Shown: piece after piece, positions 40,019-50,321 of the stretch
Layout: every line of letters starts with the position of its first letter
Position numbering within the stretch: position 1 is the stretch's first letter
DNA from: Bryobacterales bacterium
GTDB lineage: Bacteria; Acidobacteriota; Terriglobia; Bryobacterales; UBA6623
DNA length: 64,000 nt
NCBI GenBank assembly: GCA_028819575.1
Contig: JAPPLB010000069.1
Span: 88,470-152,469, forward strand
Direction: 5' to 3'
Position numbers and translations under genes: made by a program
The notes under the pieces: model-generated
Told to the model about the DNA's origin: nothing
What the model saw: only the letters and a program-made list of their open reading frames with translations
The model's database searches: none

Positions 40019-40080
40019 GTTTCATGTCTTGTGATTCGTGAAAACCTTTAAAGCAGTGGTTTGTGATTAGCGGCTGGTGA
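40019..40080. promoter_or_regulatory. phased GTGATT(C/A)G direct repeats (candidate activator binding sites)
   Basis: cGTGATTCGTG at 40019-40029, tGTGATTCGTG at 40040-40050 (21-nt spacing) and tGTGATTAG at 40072-40080. They lie in the divergent intergenic region between the hydrolase operon and the kinase gene. Confidence 0.25.
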
Positions 40081-40199
40081 AAGCCTGGAAAGCCCTGATT
40101 CATGACCCGCATGGACTGCGCCTCGACAGATGGAAACCCGGCGCAACCCGGCACATCCATCCGTCAACAGCTTGCCGTATCCGGTGCTGTAGTAGGCTG

Positions 40200-42814
<2,615 letters not shown>

Positions 42815-42819
42815 GCCTG

Positions 42820-43030
42820 GCAGCCCGCGGCAAAAGCCACGCAGGCGGCGTTACTCTCTCCAGGGCCGATTGCGTACCGCGTGGCCGCTCCAGGAACGCA
42901 GTACCACGCTCTCCGCGCCTCCGAGCGGGAGTGGCGCGCAACCCTTTGGGCGACGGACATTTGCAGTCGCCGGCTTTGTCGTTCGTCGGAGGAGATCACC
43001 CGGATCGCCATCCTCCTCACTTCGCGCCGC
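42820..43030 (+). repeat. repeat family X, copy X1 (interrupted at its 3' side by Y)
   Basis: Starts 6 nt after the regulator's stop codon. It is homologous along its length to 63726..63935. The first 35 nt differ at 5 positions. The core aacccttYgggcgacgg...ggaggagatcacccggatcgccatcctcctcac is near-identical. Confidence 0.7.
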
Positions 43031-43032
43031 TA

Positions 43033-43211
43033 GCCTGCATTTCTCACCACCCGACGGTCGAAGCACGCCATACGGCCGCCAGGACTTCGTTGCGCTTGCT
43101 TGCCGTGCTCAACGTACTGTTCAAGTACGCCTGCGCGCGCCAAGCGGCTCGCGCCTCGTCCTGACGGCCCTCTCACGCACTTCGCCTCGCCATGTGGTGA
43201 GAAATGCAGGC
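43033..43211 (+). mobile_element. repeat family Y, full copy A: 179-bp foldback MITE-like element
   Basis: The left end gcctgcatttctcaccac and right end gtggtgagaaatgcaggc are exact reverse complements. TA lies on both flanks (43031-32 and 43212-13). The interior halves are imperfectly complementary. It has no coding capacity. Confidence 0.75.
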
Positions 43212-43240
43212 TACTACAATGGGCCTTTCAAGGCTCACTC

Positions 43241-44137
43241 GTGCATCTTCGCCACTGGCTTCTGCTCGTCGTAACCCAGTCCGTGTGGTCCGGCAGCTAC
43301 ATTGCCATGAAGCTTGCAGGCCAGGAAATGCCGGTCGGCCTGATCGTCTTTCTCCGCTACGGCCTCGCCACGGCTCTGCTGCTCTGCGCCGCGCCCTGGA
43401 ACGGCCTGCCCCGACTGCAACGCCGTGACTGGCTTCTCGTCATCGCCCTGGGCGCGCTCAACTTCACGCTCGCTCCCACACTCCAAATCACCGGACTCAA
43501 GCACACCCAAGCCATCGACGTCTCCGTCCTGATCGCGCTGGAACCGATGATGACCGTCGCTCTCGCCGCCCTGGCGCTGGGCGAGCGGCCGTCGAGCCTT
43601 ACGCTGGGGGCATTGCTGCTCGGCACCTCCGGGATGCTGATTCTTTCGGGAGCCGGCTTTGCGGATATGGCCGCCGGCTCCTCGAACCGCCTGTTCGGCA
43701 ACTCCCTGTTCACCATTTCGCTGCTGTGCGAGGCCGCCGTCACGGTAGGCGGAGCACGGCTCGCGTCGCGCTACGCACCCAGCCATTCCGTGCTCGGCAT
43801 GAAGGCCGCCGGATTCCTGGCGGCGGCGGCTTTCTTCAGCCCGGTAATCCTATCCGCCGATCTTGGCGCCTTTTCCTGGAATGCGTGGGCCTCTGTCATC
43901 TACCTCGCCGTCCTCCCATCGGTCTTCGGCTACACCGTCTGGTACCGCGTCATCAAAGTCGTGCCGGTCAACCACGTCGCGCTGAGCCTCTTCGTCCAGC
44001 CCATCGTCGGAAGCGCAATCGGTTACACTTTCCTTGGCGAAACCATCGGCTACGAGACCGCCGCCGGTGCTTTCCTGGTTTGCGCCAGCCTGGCCTGGTG
44101 GCAATCCCGAAGCCTGAGAACCAAACCGCAGGCGTGA
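43241..44137 (+). CDS. EamA/DMT family transporter
   Basis: ORF 43100..44137. Upstream of ~43213 that ORF is repeat sequence, so I place the start at GTG 43241 (uncertain). It has ten hydrophobic segments and two EamA-like halves (WSGSYIAMK...; VFGYTVWYRVIK). Confidence 0.75.
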   Translation: MHLRHWLLLVVTQSVWSGSYIAMKLAGQEMPVGLIVFLRYGLATALLLCAAPWNGLPRLQRRDWLLVIALGALNFTLAPTLQITGLKHTQAIDVSVLIALEPMMTVALAALALGERPSSLTLGALLLGTSGMLILSGAGFADMAAGSSNRLFGNSLFTISLLCEAAVTVGGARLASRYAPSHSVLGMKAAGFLAAAAFFSPVILSADLGAFSWNAWASVIYLAVLPSVFGYTVWYRVIKVVPVNHVALSLFVQPIVGSAIGYTFLGETIGYETAAGAFLVCASLAWWQSRSLRTKPQA

Positions 44138-44166
44138 CCCGAAGCACATCCCGGATAGAAAAGCTC

Positions 44167-45444
44167 ATGCGACCCACACGACGAGACTTCCTGCATGCAG
44201 CCGCGGCAACCGCCGCGGCCGGAATCGCCTCTTTCAGCGGCCCCGAAGGCCTGCTCGCCGCCGCACGTGAAAAGGCCAAGCCGCTCCACCTCAAGATCAC
44301 CGATCTCAAGACCTACATCGTCAGCCGCAGCGGCAAACCCAACAGTTCGAACTACGTCTTCGTTCGCATCTTCACGAACCAGGGCATCATCGGCACCGGC
44401 GAGGGCTCCGTCACCAGCAAGGCGAAAACCATGGCCGCCGCCATCGGGGAGCACAAACGACTGCTCGTCGGCCGTGACGCAACGGACATCGAGATGCATT
44501 GGCAGGCGATGTTCCGCTGGGCGCGCTGGCGCGGCGGTCCGATCCTCAACTCCGCCATCAGCGCCGTGGAGATCGCTCTTTGGGACATCCTTGGCCAAGC
44601 CCTCGGACAGCCGATTTACCTGCTGCTCGGCGGAAAAGCCCGCGAGCGAGTCCAAATGTATGTCCACGCCGGCGGAAGCAACGCCCAAGAGTACGCCCGA
44701 AACTGGAAGCAGATTCAGAATGAAGGTTGGACCGCCTGTAAAGGCGGTTTTCTCAGCACGCAGGGGGATCAAATCGACCGCGTCCGCTCTGTTCGCGACG
44801 GGATTGCCCGGCTCAAAGCCGTCCGTGAGGCTGTCGGACCCGACTTCCGAATCTGTATCGACGTCCACGGGAAGGCCACGCCCACCATGGCCGTCGATTT
44901 CTGCCGCCGCGCCGAGGAATACGCTCCCTACTTTGTCGAAGAGGCCACACAAATCGAAGACATCGACGAACTCGCCCACTTGCGCAGCAAGACCAATATC
45001 CCTCTGGCCACCGGCGAGCGTCTGTTCACGAAGTGGGGTTTTGCCGAGATTTGCAGCCGGCATCTGGTGGATTTCGTGCAACCGGATGTCGTGCACTGCG
45101 GCGGCATTTCCGAAATGAAGAAGATCGGCATCATCGCCGAAGCCGATCGTGTCGAACTAGCCCCACACAACCCGCAAAGCAACGTCAGCACGATGGCATC
45201 GCTGCATGTCGACTTCTCGACACCGAGCTTCGCCATACAGGAAATCAGCCACCGAGGCAAAGATCCTTTTTGGACGGACCTCTTCGAAGGAGGCGAGCCG
45301 ACCTACGAGTCCGGATTCGCCCTGCCGCCTGACAAGCCCGGCCTCGGCGTAGGTTTCGACGAAGAAGTCGCCAAGAAACGCCCTTATACGCCCCACATCC
45401 GGCACCAACTCCGCTTCCCCGACGGGGGTATCGCCGACCACTAG
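44167..45444 (+). CDS. enolase-superfamily (mandelate racemase/muconate lactonizing, galactonate dehydratase-like) enzyme with TAT-type N-terminus
   Basis: The 572-aa ORF 43726..45444 is over-extended. ATG 44167 gives MRPTRRDFLHAAAATAAAGIASF. KITDLKTYIV, FVRIFTNQGIIGTGEG, AISAVEIALWDILGQALGQPIYLLLGG, IDVHGK, FVEEA and ATGERL follow. Confidence 0.8.
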   Translation: MRPTRRDFLHAAAATAAAGIASFSGPEGLLAAAREKAKPLHLKITDLKTYIVSRSGKPNSSNYVFVRIFTNQGIIGTGEGSVTSKAKTMAAAIGEHKRLLVGRDATDIEMHWQAMFRWARWRGGPILNSAISAVEIALWDILGQALGQPIYLLLGGKARERVQMYVHAGGSNAQEYARNWKQIQNEGWTACKGGFLSTQGDQIDRVRSVRDGIARLKAVREAVGPDFRICIDVHGKATPTMAVDFCRRAEEYAPYFVEEATQIEDIDELAHLRSKTNIPLATGERLFTKWGFAEICSRHLVDFVQPDVVHCGGISEMKKIGIIAEADRVELAPHNPQSNVSTMASLHVDFSTPSFAIQEISHRGKDPFWTDLFEGGEPTYESGFALPPDKPGLGVGFDEEVAKKRPYTPHIRHQLRFPDGGIADH

Positions 45445-45523
45445 CAGCCATCACGATCAGCGTTCGCCTCCGCACTCCTTTCTTGCGAGCTTTGCGGCGC
45501 CCGGCGCATCTCAAGAGAAACTT

Positions 45524-46180
45524 TTGAACCTCAGAGGACTCATCTTCGACCTGGACGGCACCTTGGGCGACACGCTGCCCGTCTGCTTCACAGCCTTCCG
45601 GATCACTTTCCGGCACTATCTCAACCGCCACTACAGCGACAAGCAGATCCGGGCCATGTTCGGCCCCACCGAAGAAGGTATCTTCCAAGACATGTTCCCC
45701 GATTTCTGGGAAGAGGCCTGTGCGATGTACCTCAGCGAATACCGCCGCGCTCACCAGAACTGCCGCGAGCCCTTTCCCCGCATCCCCGAGGTCCTCGAGC
45801 TTCTCAAACGGCTTGGCCTCCGCACGGCTATCGTCACCGGCAAGGGACCCGGCAGCGCCAGGATTTCCTTAGAAGAGATGGGCCTCGCCGAGGCGTTCGA
45901 CATCGTGGAAGCCGGCTCACCCCGCGGCGGCATCAAGCCGGAATGCATGCTCAAGGTGCTCGAAGCCTGGGGCCTGCCCGCCGATCAAATCGCCTGTGTC
46001 GGCGACGCCCCTTCCGACATCCGCTCCGCGCACGAAATCGGCGCCACTGCCCTTGGGGCCGCCTGGGCCCCCACGTCAAGCTACGAGACCCTTGCCGCCC
46101 TGAATCCAAGCCACACGTTCACCACCACACAGCAGTTCATCGAATGGATCCAGAGCACGCGAGAAAAAGGCTGTGGTTAG
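45524..46180 (+). CDS. HAD-superfamily hydrolase (phosphoglycolate phosphatase-like)
   Basis: 218 aa with a TTG start. LIFDLDGTLGDT, IVTGK and VGDAPSDI are HAD motifs I-IV. Confidence 0.8.
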   Translation: MNLRGLIFDLDGTLGDTLPVCFTAFRITFRHYLNRHYSDKQIRAMFGPTEEGIFQDMFPDFWEEACAMYLSEYRRAHQNCREPFPRIPEVLELLKRLGLRTAIVTGKGPGSARISLEEMGLAEAFDIVEAGSPRGGIKPECMLKVLEAWGLPADQIACVGDAPSDIRSAHEIGATALGAAWAPTSSYETLAALNPSHTFTTTQQFIEWIQSTREKGCG

Positions 46181-46300
46181 TTTTTAGTTGTTAGTGAAAA
46201 CCTTTGGCGGGGGACTGGTTCGCCCCAGAAGAAATGTCTAAAGGCCAGTGAACCGGAAAGGCCGTGTTTCTTGACCCGAAGGGTGAAGGAGGCGATTTGG

Positions 46301-46388
46301 CAAGCACGCCTGCGCGCCAAGCGGCGCACGCGTCGTTCTGACGCCCCTCTCACGCACTTCGCCTCGCCACATGGTGAGAAATGCAGGA
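46301..46388 (+). mobile_element. repeat family Y, right-half copy C
   Basis: caagcacgcctgcgcgccaagcggc...ctcacgcacttcgcctcgccacatggtgagaaatgcagga matches the right ~90 nt of Y. It is followed by TA (46389-90). Confidence 0.7.
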
Positions 46389-46457
46389 TAGTGACTCATG
46401 CGGCGGTATTTGGCGAGCTTCCATGGCGCGCTCTTGCGGAGAATCGATGCCTGCGGC

Positions 46458-47396
46458 CTACGGTCTCCAAGCCGCGGCCCGGTCCCCGTACTCTCTCGCC
46501 TGGGCAGCGATATCCAGGCCTACCTCCTCGGACCAGGCCTTCAGAAGCCGGCGGTAAACCGGTCCGGGACGGCCATCCCCAATAGCCTGGAAATTGAATC
46601 GAGTACAAGGAATCATGCAAATCGTCGTGCTCGTGAACCACGCTTCATCCGCCTCACGCACGTCATAAGGCTCGATGTCCGCAACATGGACTCGCATGCC
46701 TGCCTTCATCGCCAATTCGATGCAAGCACCTCTGGAGACGCCCCGCAGAATATCGTGCTCCTTGGGCGTGTAGATCTCGCCATCCCTGGCGATGAAGAAG
46801 TTGTTGCCCGTACCCTCCGTGATGAATCCTCTCTCGTCCGTCAAGAGCGCCATCGCTCCCTGCTCCATGCGCGCGGCTTGCAGCTCAGCGATCTTGTAGT
46901 AAACCCGGCTGCGGTTTTTCGCCTTCGGATCGATGTAGCGCGCCGGTACGGACTGTTGCGGCGTGACGACGAAGTGAACACCCGTCTCGTATTTCCCGGC
47001 CATCCAGCCGATATGTCGAACCAGCGGAAAAACGTTGATGGTGACAACCGGCGCCGTCCCCTCCTTGACGATGCTTTCATAGAGCATCATCCCGCCCCGC
47101 GTCACGTCATGCATGATTTGATAGTCGAAGCCATCGAGAGCCGGCAGATTGCGCTCGATGGTCTCGATCGTCGCCGCTTCCATCTCGTCGATCGACAACC
47201 CGCAATCGATTTCGACATAGCGCAGCGAGGCGTAAAGGCGTTCCAGGTGATCCCGCAGGCGATACGGTTTCTGCCCGAACGACCGCGTCATTTCGAACAC
47301 CATGTCGCCGTACATCAGCGCGCAATCGAAGATCGAGATACGCGCCTCTTTCTCCGAAACGAATTTTCCGTTGAGATAGACCAAACGTTCAGACAT
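46458..47396 (-). CDS. class IV aminotransferase (BCAT / D-amino-acid aminotransferase / ADC lyase family)
   Basis: 312 aa with FDCALMYGDMVFEMTRSF, TEGTGNNFFIARDGEIYTP and ILRGVSR. Confidence 0.8.
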   Translation of the reverse strand: MSERLVYLNGKFVSEKEARISIFDCALMYGDMVFEMTRSFGQKPYRLRDHLERLYASLRYVEIDCGLSIDEMEAATIETIERNLPALDGFDYQIMHDVTRGGMMLYESIVKEGTAPVVTINVFPLVRHIGWMAGKYETGVHFVVTPQQSVPARYIDPKAKNRSRVYYKIAELQAARMEQGAMALLTDERGFITEGTGNNFFIARDGEIYTPKEHDILRGVSRGACIELAMKAGMRVHVADIEPYDVREADEAWFTSTTICMIPCTRFNFQAIGDGRPGPVYRRLLKAWSEEVGLDIAAQAREYGDRAAAWRP

Positions 47397-47544
47397 CGTC
47401 TGAGCAGGAGTGTAACACCGGGGTCACGGCAGGAACGAGACCGGAGAGGGTATTGAGGCCGCTACCTGCAGCGCGCAGCCCGGCTTTGAGGTATGCAGCC
47501 AATCCGATGCTGCTCTCGATGGGACGATCCATCCTCATTGGCGC

Positions 47545-47572
47545 GGCCGCCCGGGCATATACCCGGACGGCC
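47545..47572 (-). terminator. GC-rich hairpin downstream of glnK
   Basis: ggccgcccggg / cccggacggcc form an 11-bp stem with one mismatch and a 6-nt loop, 28 nt past the glnK stop. No U-tract follows, so terminator function is uncertain. Confidence 0.3.
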
Positions 47573-47599
47573 GCCGGTGTGGAGAAGAAGAGCCGGCCG

Positions 47600-47938
47600 T
47601 TACAACGCCGCTTCGCCGCGGTCTTTGTTACGAATGCGAATCGCGTCTTCGATCGGGTAGATGAACACCTTGCCATCACCGATCTTGCCCGTGCAGGCCG
47701 ATTCGACGATGGCATTCACCGTTTCCTCGACCCGGTCATCGGCAATGATCAGTTCGATTTTCGTCTTGGGCAGGAGATCCACCTCATACTCCTGGCCGCG
47801 GTAGATCTCTTTATGACCCTTCTGGCGCCCGTGCCCGCGCACATCGTAGATTGTCATGCCGTCAACGCCGATCTGCTTGAGCGCCTCGCGGACATCATCC
47901 GTCTTGTAGGGCTGAATGATCGCTTCCAGTCTTTTCAT
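47600..47938 (-). CDS. glnK: P-II nitrogen regulatory protein
   Basis: 112 aa. MKRLEAIIQPYKTDDVREAL, the T-loop GHGRQKGHKEIYRGQEY and TGKIGDGKVFI are present. It lies directly downstream of amtB. Confidence 0.95.
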   Translation of the reverse strand: MKRLEAIIQPYKTDDVREALKQIGVDGMTIYDVRGHGRQKGHKEIYRGQEYEVDLLPKTKIELIIADDRVEETVNAIVESACTGKIGDGKVFIYPIEDAIRIRNKDRGEAAL

Positions 47939-47954
47939 CTAGTTCTCCTCGAAT

Positions 47955-49280
47955 TTACCCTTCCAGGTAGGCCTCTTCCCCGTGCTGAGTCAAGTCGAGT
48001 CCCTCGAGCTCGTCAGCTTCATCGACACGAAGACCCATCGTCGCGTCGACAATCTTGAGGATGATATAGGTCGCGGCCGCGGCCAACACCCACGTTAGCA
48101 ACGCTCCCAGGATGTTGTTGACGAATTGACTCATGTTTCCCTCCAACAATCCCATGGGAGCTCCATCGAAACCATCATTGATCGCTTTCGTGGCGAACAC
48201 GCCGGTGAGGATGGCACCCAGAGTTCCACCGACACCGTGTACCCCGAATGCATCCAGTGAATCATCATAATTCAGCTTCGCTTTCACGACGGCAACCGCA
48301 AAATAGCAAACCAGGCCACCCAGGAAGCCGATGATCAAGGCCGCCATCGGCGAGACGAATCCGGCGCCGGGAGTAATGCACACCAGCCCGGCCACCGCGC
48401 CGGTGATGCCGCCCAACATACTGGGCTTACCGTCGCGCATCCATTCCGCCACCAGCCATCCGAGAACAGCCGCCGCTGCCGCAAAATGCGTCGCCACAAA
48501 CGCCGAAGCAGCGATTCCGTCGGCAGCCAACGCGCTTCCGGCGTTGAATCCAAACCAACCGACCCAGAGCAGGCATGCGCCGATGAAACTCAGCGGAAGA
48601 CTGTTGGGGCGCATGGCCTCACTGGGATAGCCGATACGTTTGCCGAGCACCAGCGCACAAACCAAGGCGGAAACCCCCGAAGAAATATGAACGACCGTCC
48701 CGCCCGCGAAGTCAAGACAGCCGATCAAGCCTCCGTCAAAGGCGTTCATCAGACCTCCCGGCCCCCAGACCATGTGAGCCATCGGGAGATACACGAGGAG
48801 CGACCAGAGGACCATGAACACCAGCATGCTCGTGAACTTCATGCGCTCGGCAAAGGCGCCGCTGATCAGCGCGGGCGTAATGATCGCGAACATGAGCTGA
48901 AACGTCATGAAGGTCAGGTGACTGATCGATCCATTCGCCTCCGTACCAACCCCGTTCAGAAAGAGATGGTCGAAGCCACCGATGAACGAATTCCCGGGAG
49001 AGAAGGCCAGCGAATAGCCCACGACTCCCCACAGAACCGTGATCACCGCCATCATCATGAACGACTGCATCATGGTCGCCAGCAGGTTCTTCTTGCGAAC
49101 CAACCCTCCGTAGAAGAGGGCGAGGCCGGGACCGGTCATCAACAAAACAAGAGCTGAGCAGACCAGAATCCAGGCATTGTCGCCGGAATCAACCTGGGCC
49201 TCCTCAGCTTGCGCCAGCGCAGGCAGCGCCAACAGGAACAACAGTACTGTCAGCAAACGCGACAGGGTGCTCGTTTTCAT
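47955..49280 (-). CDS. amtB: ammonium transporter
   Basis: 441 aa with a signal peptide, FYGGLVRKKN, DFAGGTVVHISSG, GAFGVHGVGG-like DAFGVHGVGGTLGAI, and 11 TM segments. Confidence 0.95.
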   Translation of the reverse strand: MKTSTLSRLLTVLLFLLALPALAQAEEAQVDSGDNAWILVCSALVLLMTGPGLALFYGGLVRKKNLLATMMQSFMMMAVITVLWGVVGYSLAFSPGNSFIGGFDHLFLNGVGTEANGSISHLTFMTFQLMFAIITPALISGAFAERMKFTSMLVFMVLWSLLVYLPMAHMVWGPGGLMNAFDGGLIGCLDFAGGTVVHISSGVSALVCALVLGKRIGYPSEAMRPNSLPLSFIGACLLWVGWFGFNAGSALAADGIAASAFVATHFAAAAAVLGWLVAEWMRDGKPSMLGGITGAVAGLVCITPGAGFVSPMAALIIGFLGGLVCYFAVAVVKAKLNYDDSLDAFGVHGVGGTLGAILTGVFATKAINDGFDGAPMGLLEGNMSQFVNNILGALLTWVLAAAATYIILKIVDATMGLRVDEADELEGLDLTQHGEEAYLEG

Positions 49281-49499
49281 GTATTCGACTCCTTACCTGG
49301 ACTCCACAGCATCCAATGCCATCTTCCAGCTCCGCCACGCTCGCCGCTCGCTGCGCCGCGCCCGTGGTTGGTAACCGCCGCCGGGATATTCCGGCAATTT
49401 TGCGGTCCTCCAGAGCTTTCGTCTCGAACTCGGTATTTCATTTATGATCGGATTCACTCCCCGCTCCCGGATTGCATGTTCTTGCAGTAGCAGCAGGAG

Positions 49500-49712
49500 T
49501 TACCCGGTGCGTACGAGAGACCTCCAGCCCGTTAACGTCCGTTGATTATCCGCTATGCACACTGTGAGAAAGCGAGGTAAGCACCTGAAGTACTCCCCAA
49601 TCCGAATCTGTTTCGGAAACGCTACTGGACGGATGCTGCGGGCTGATTGATACGAGACGATTATAGCCAAGCGTAGATGCGAGAAAGCGTAGATTATTTC
49701 TATTACCCTCAT
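49500..49712 (-). CDS. orphan small ORF in low-GC islet (doubtful)
   Basis: 70 aa. Its ATG lies 3 nt after the stop of the upstream ORF, and I see no SD. It uses AT-rich codons. I recognise no family. Confidence 0.25.
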   Translation of the reverse strand: MRVIEIIYAFSHLRLAIIVSYQSARSIRPVAFPKQIRIGEYFRCLPRFLTVCIADNQRTLTGWRSLVRTG

Positions 49713-49715
49713 AAA

Positions 49716-50045
49716 TTATTTTGATACAGGGGATTCGGAACCGGTCACGATTCCAGCGAGACTTGCTGAGGCTTTATTTTCAACCAGATACCTGGAGTGT
49801 TGACGGCTGCCGGGCGAGCTTCCGAGCATCCTCGGACAAGACGGGTGCCAGCCAAAATATTGTTTATTGAATGCATAAGGAAACTTTTGAGCAGGGTCCG
49901 AGCAATGCTTGAGATCAGAGAACAACTGTTCTTGAAATGCTTCCGAAAAACTTGTCGGCAATATTACCGCAGCCATCCGAGTCGATGCCTGGTTAAGAAT
50001 ATCAATGTCACAAATTGTTTTCTTGAAAATAGTTTCTTGATTCAT
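49716..50045 (-). CDS. orphan hypothetical protein in low-GC islet
   Basis: ORF 49716..50120. The internal ATG 50045 is preceded by AAGGAA, giving the 109-aa MNQETIFKKTICDIDILNQ... Local GC is about 45% by hand count, versus ~60% in the flanks. I recognise no family. Confidence 0.35.
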   Translation of the reverse strand: MNQETIFKKTICDIDILNQASTRMAAVILPTSFSEAFQEQLFSDLKHCSDPAQKFPYAFNKQYFGWHPSCPRMLGSSPGSRQHSRYLVENKASASLAGIVTGSESPVSK

Positions 50046-50321
50046 AGTCGATTCCTTATGCAGTGGAGGCAAAGCACAGGTCTTCCGATCGATCGGGATG
50101 TTCGGTATACTAGCTGCCATGTATAGCGGGTCGCAGATTAGTGAACGTAAGGGTCACCTGCGTCAACATGATGGTTGTCTGTGACCTGATGCATTTCTAC
50201 CGTTTTGTTCAACCTTCAAGCGGCATACTGTCAAGCGGCGGCCCGGAACGACACCCGGCTCGCGCTTTCTTGAAAAATGCATCGGAGGTTGTTCAGTTCA
50301 TGAAACAGGAAGGGGAATCGA

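Noticed and set aside
43726-44166. N-terminal extension of ORF 43726..45444 overlapping the EamA gene
   Set aside because: The translation is Arg/Pro-rich shadow sequence. A TAT-type N-terminus starts at ATG 44167, 30 nt after the EamA stop.
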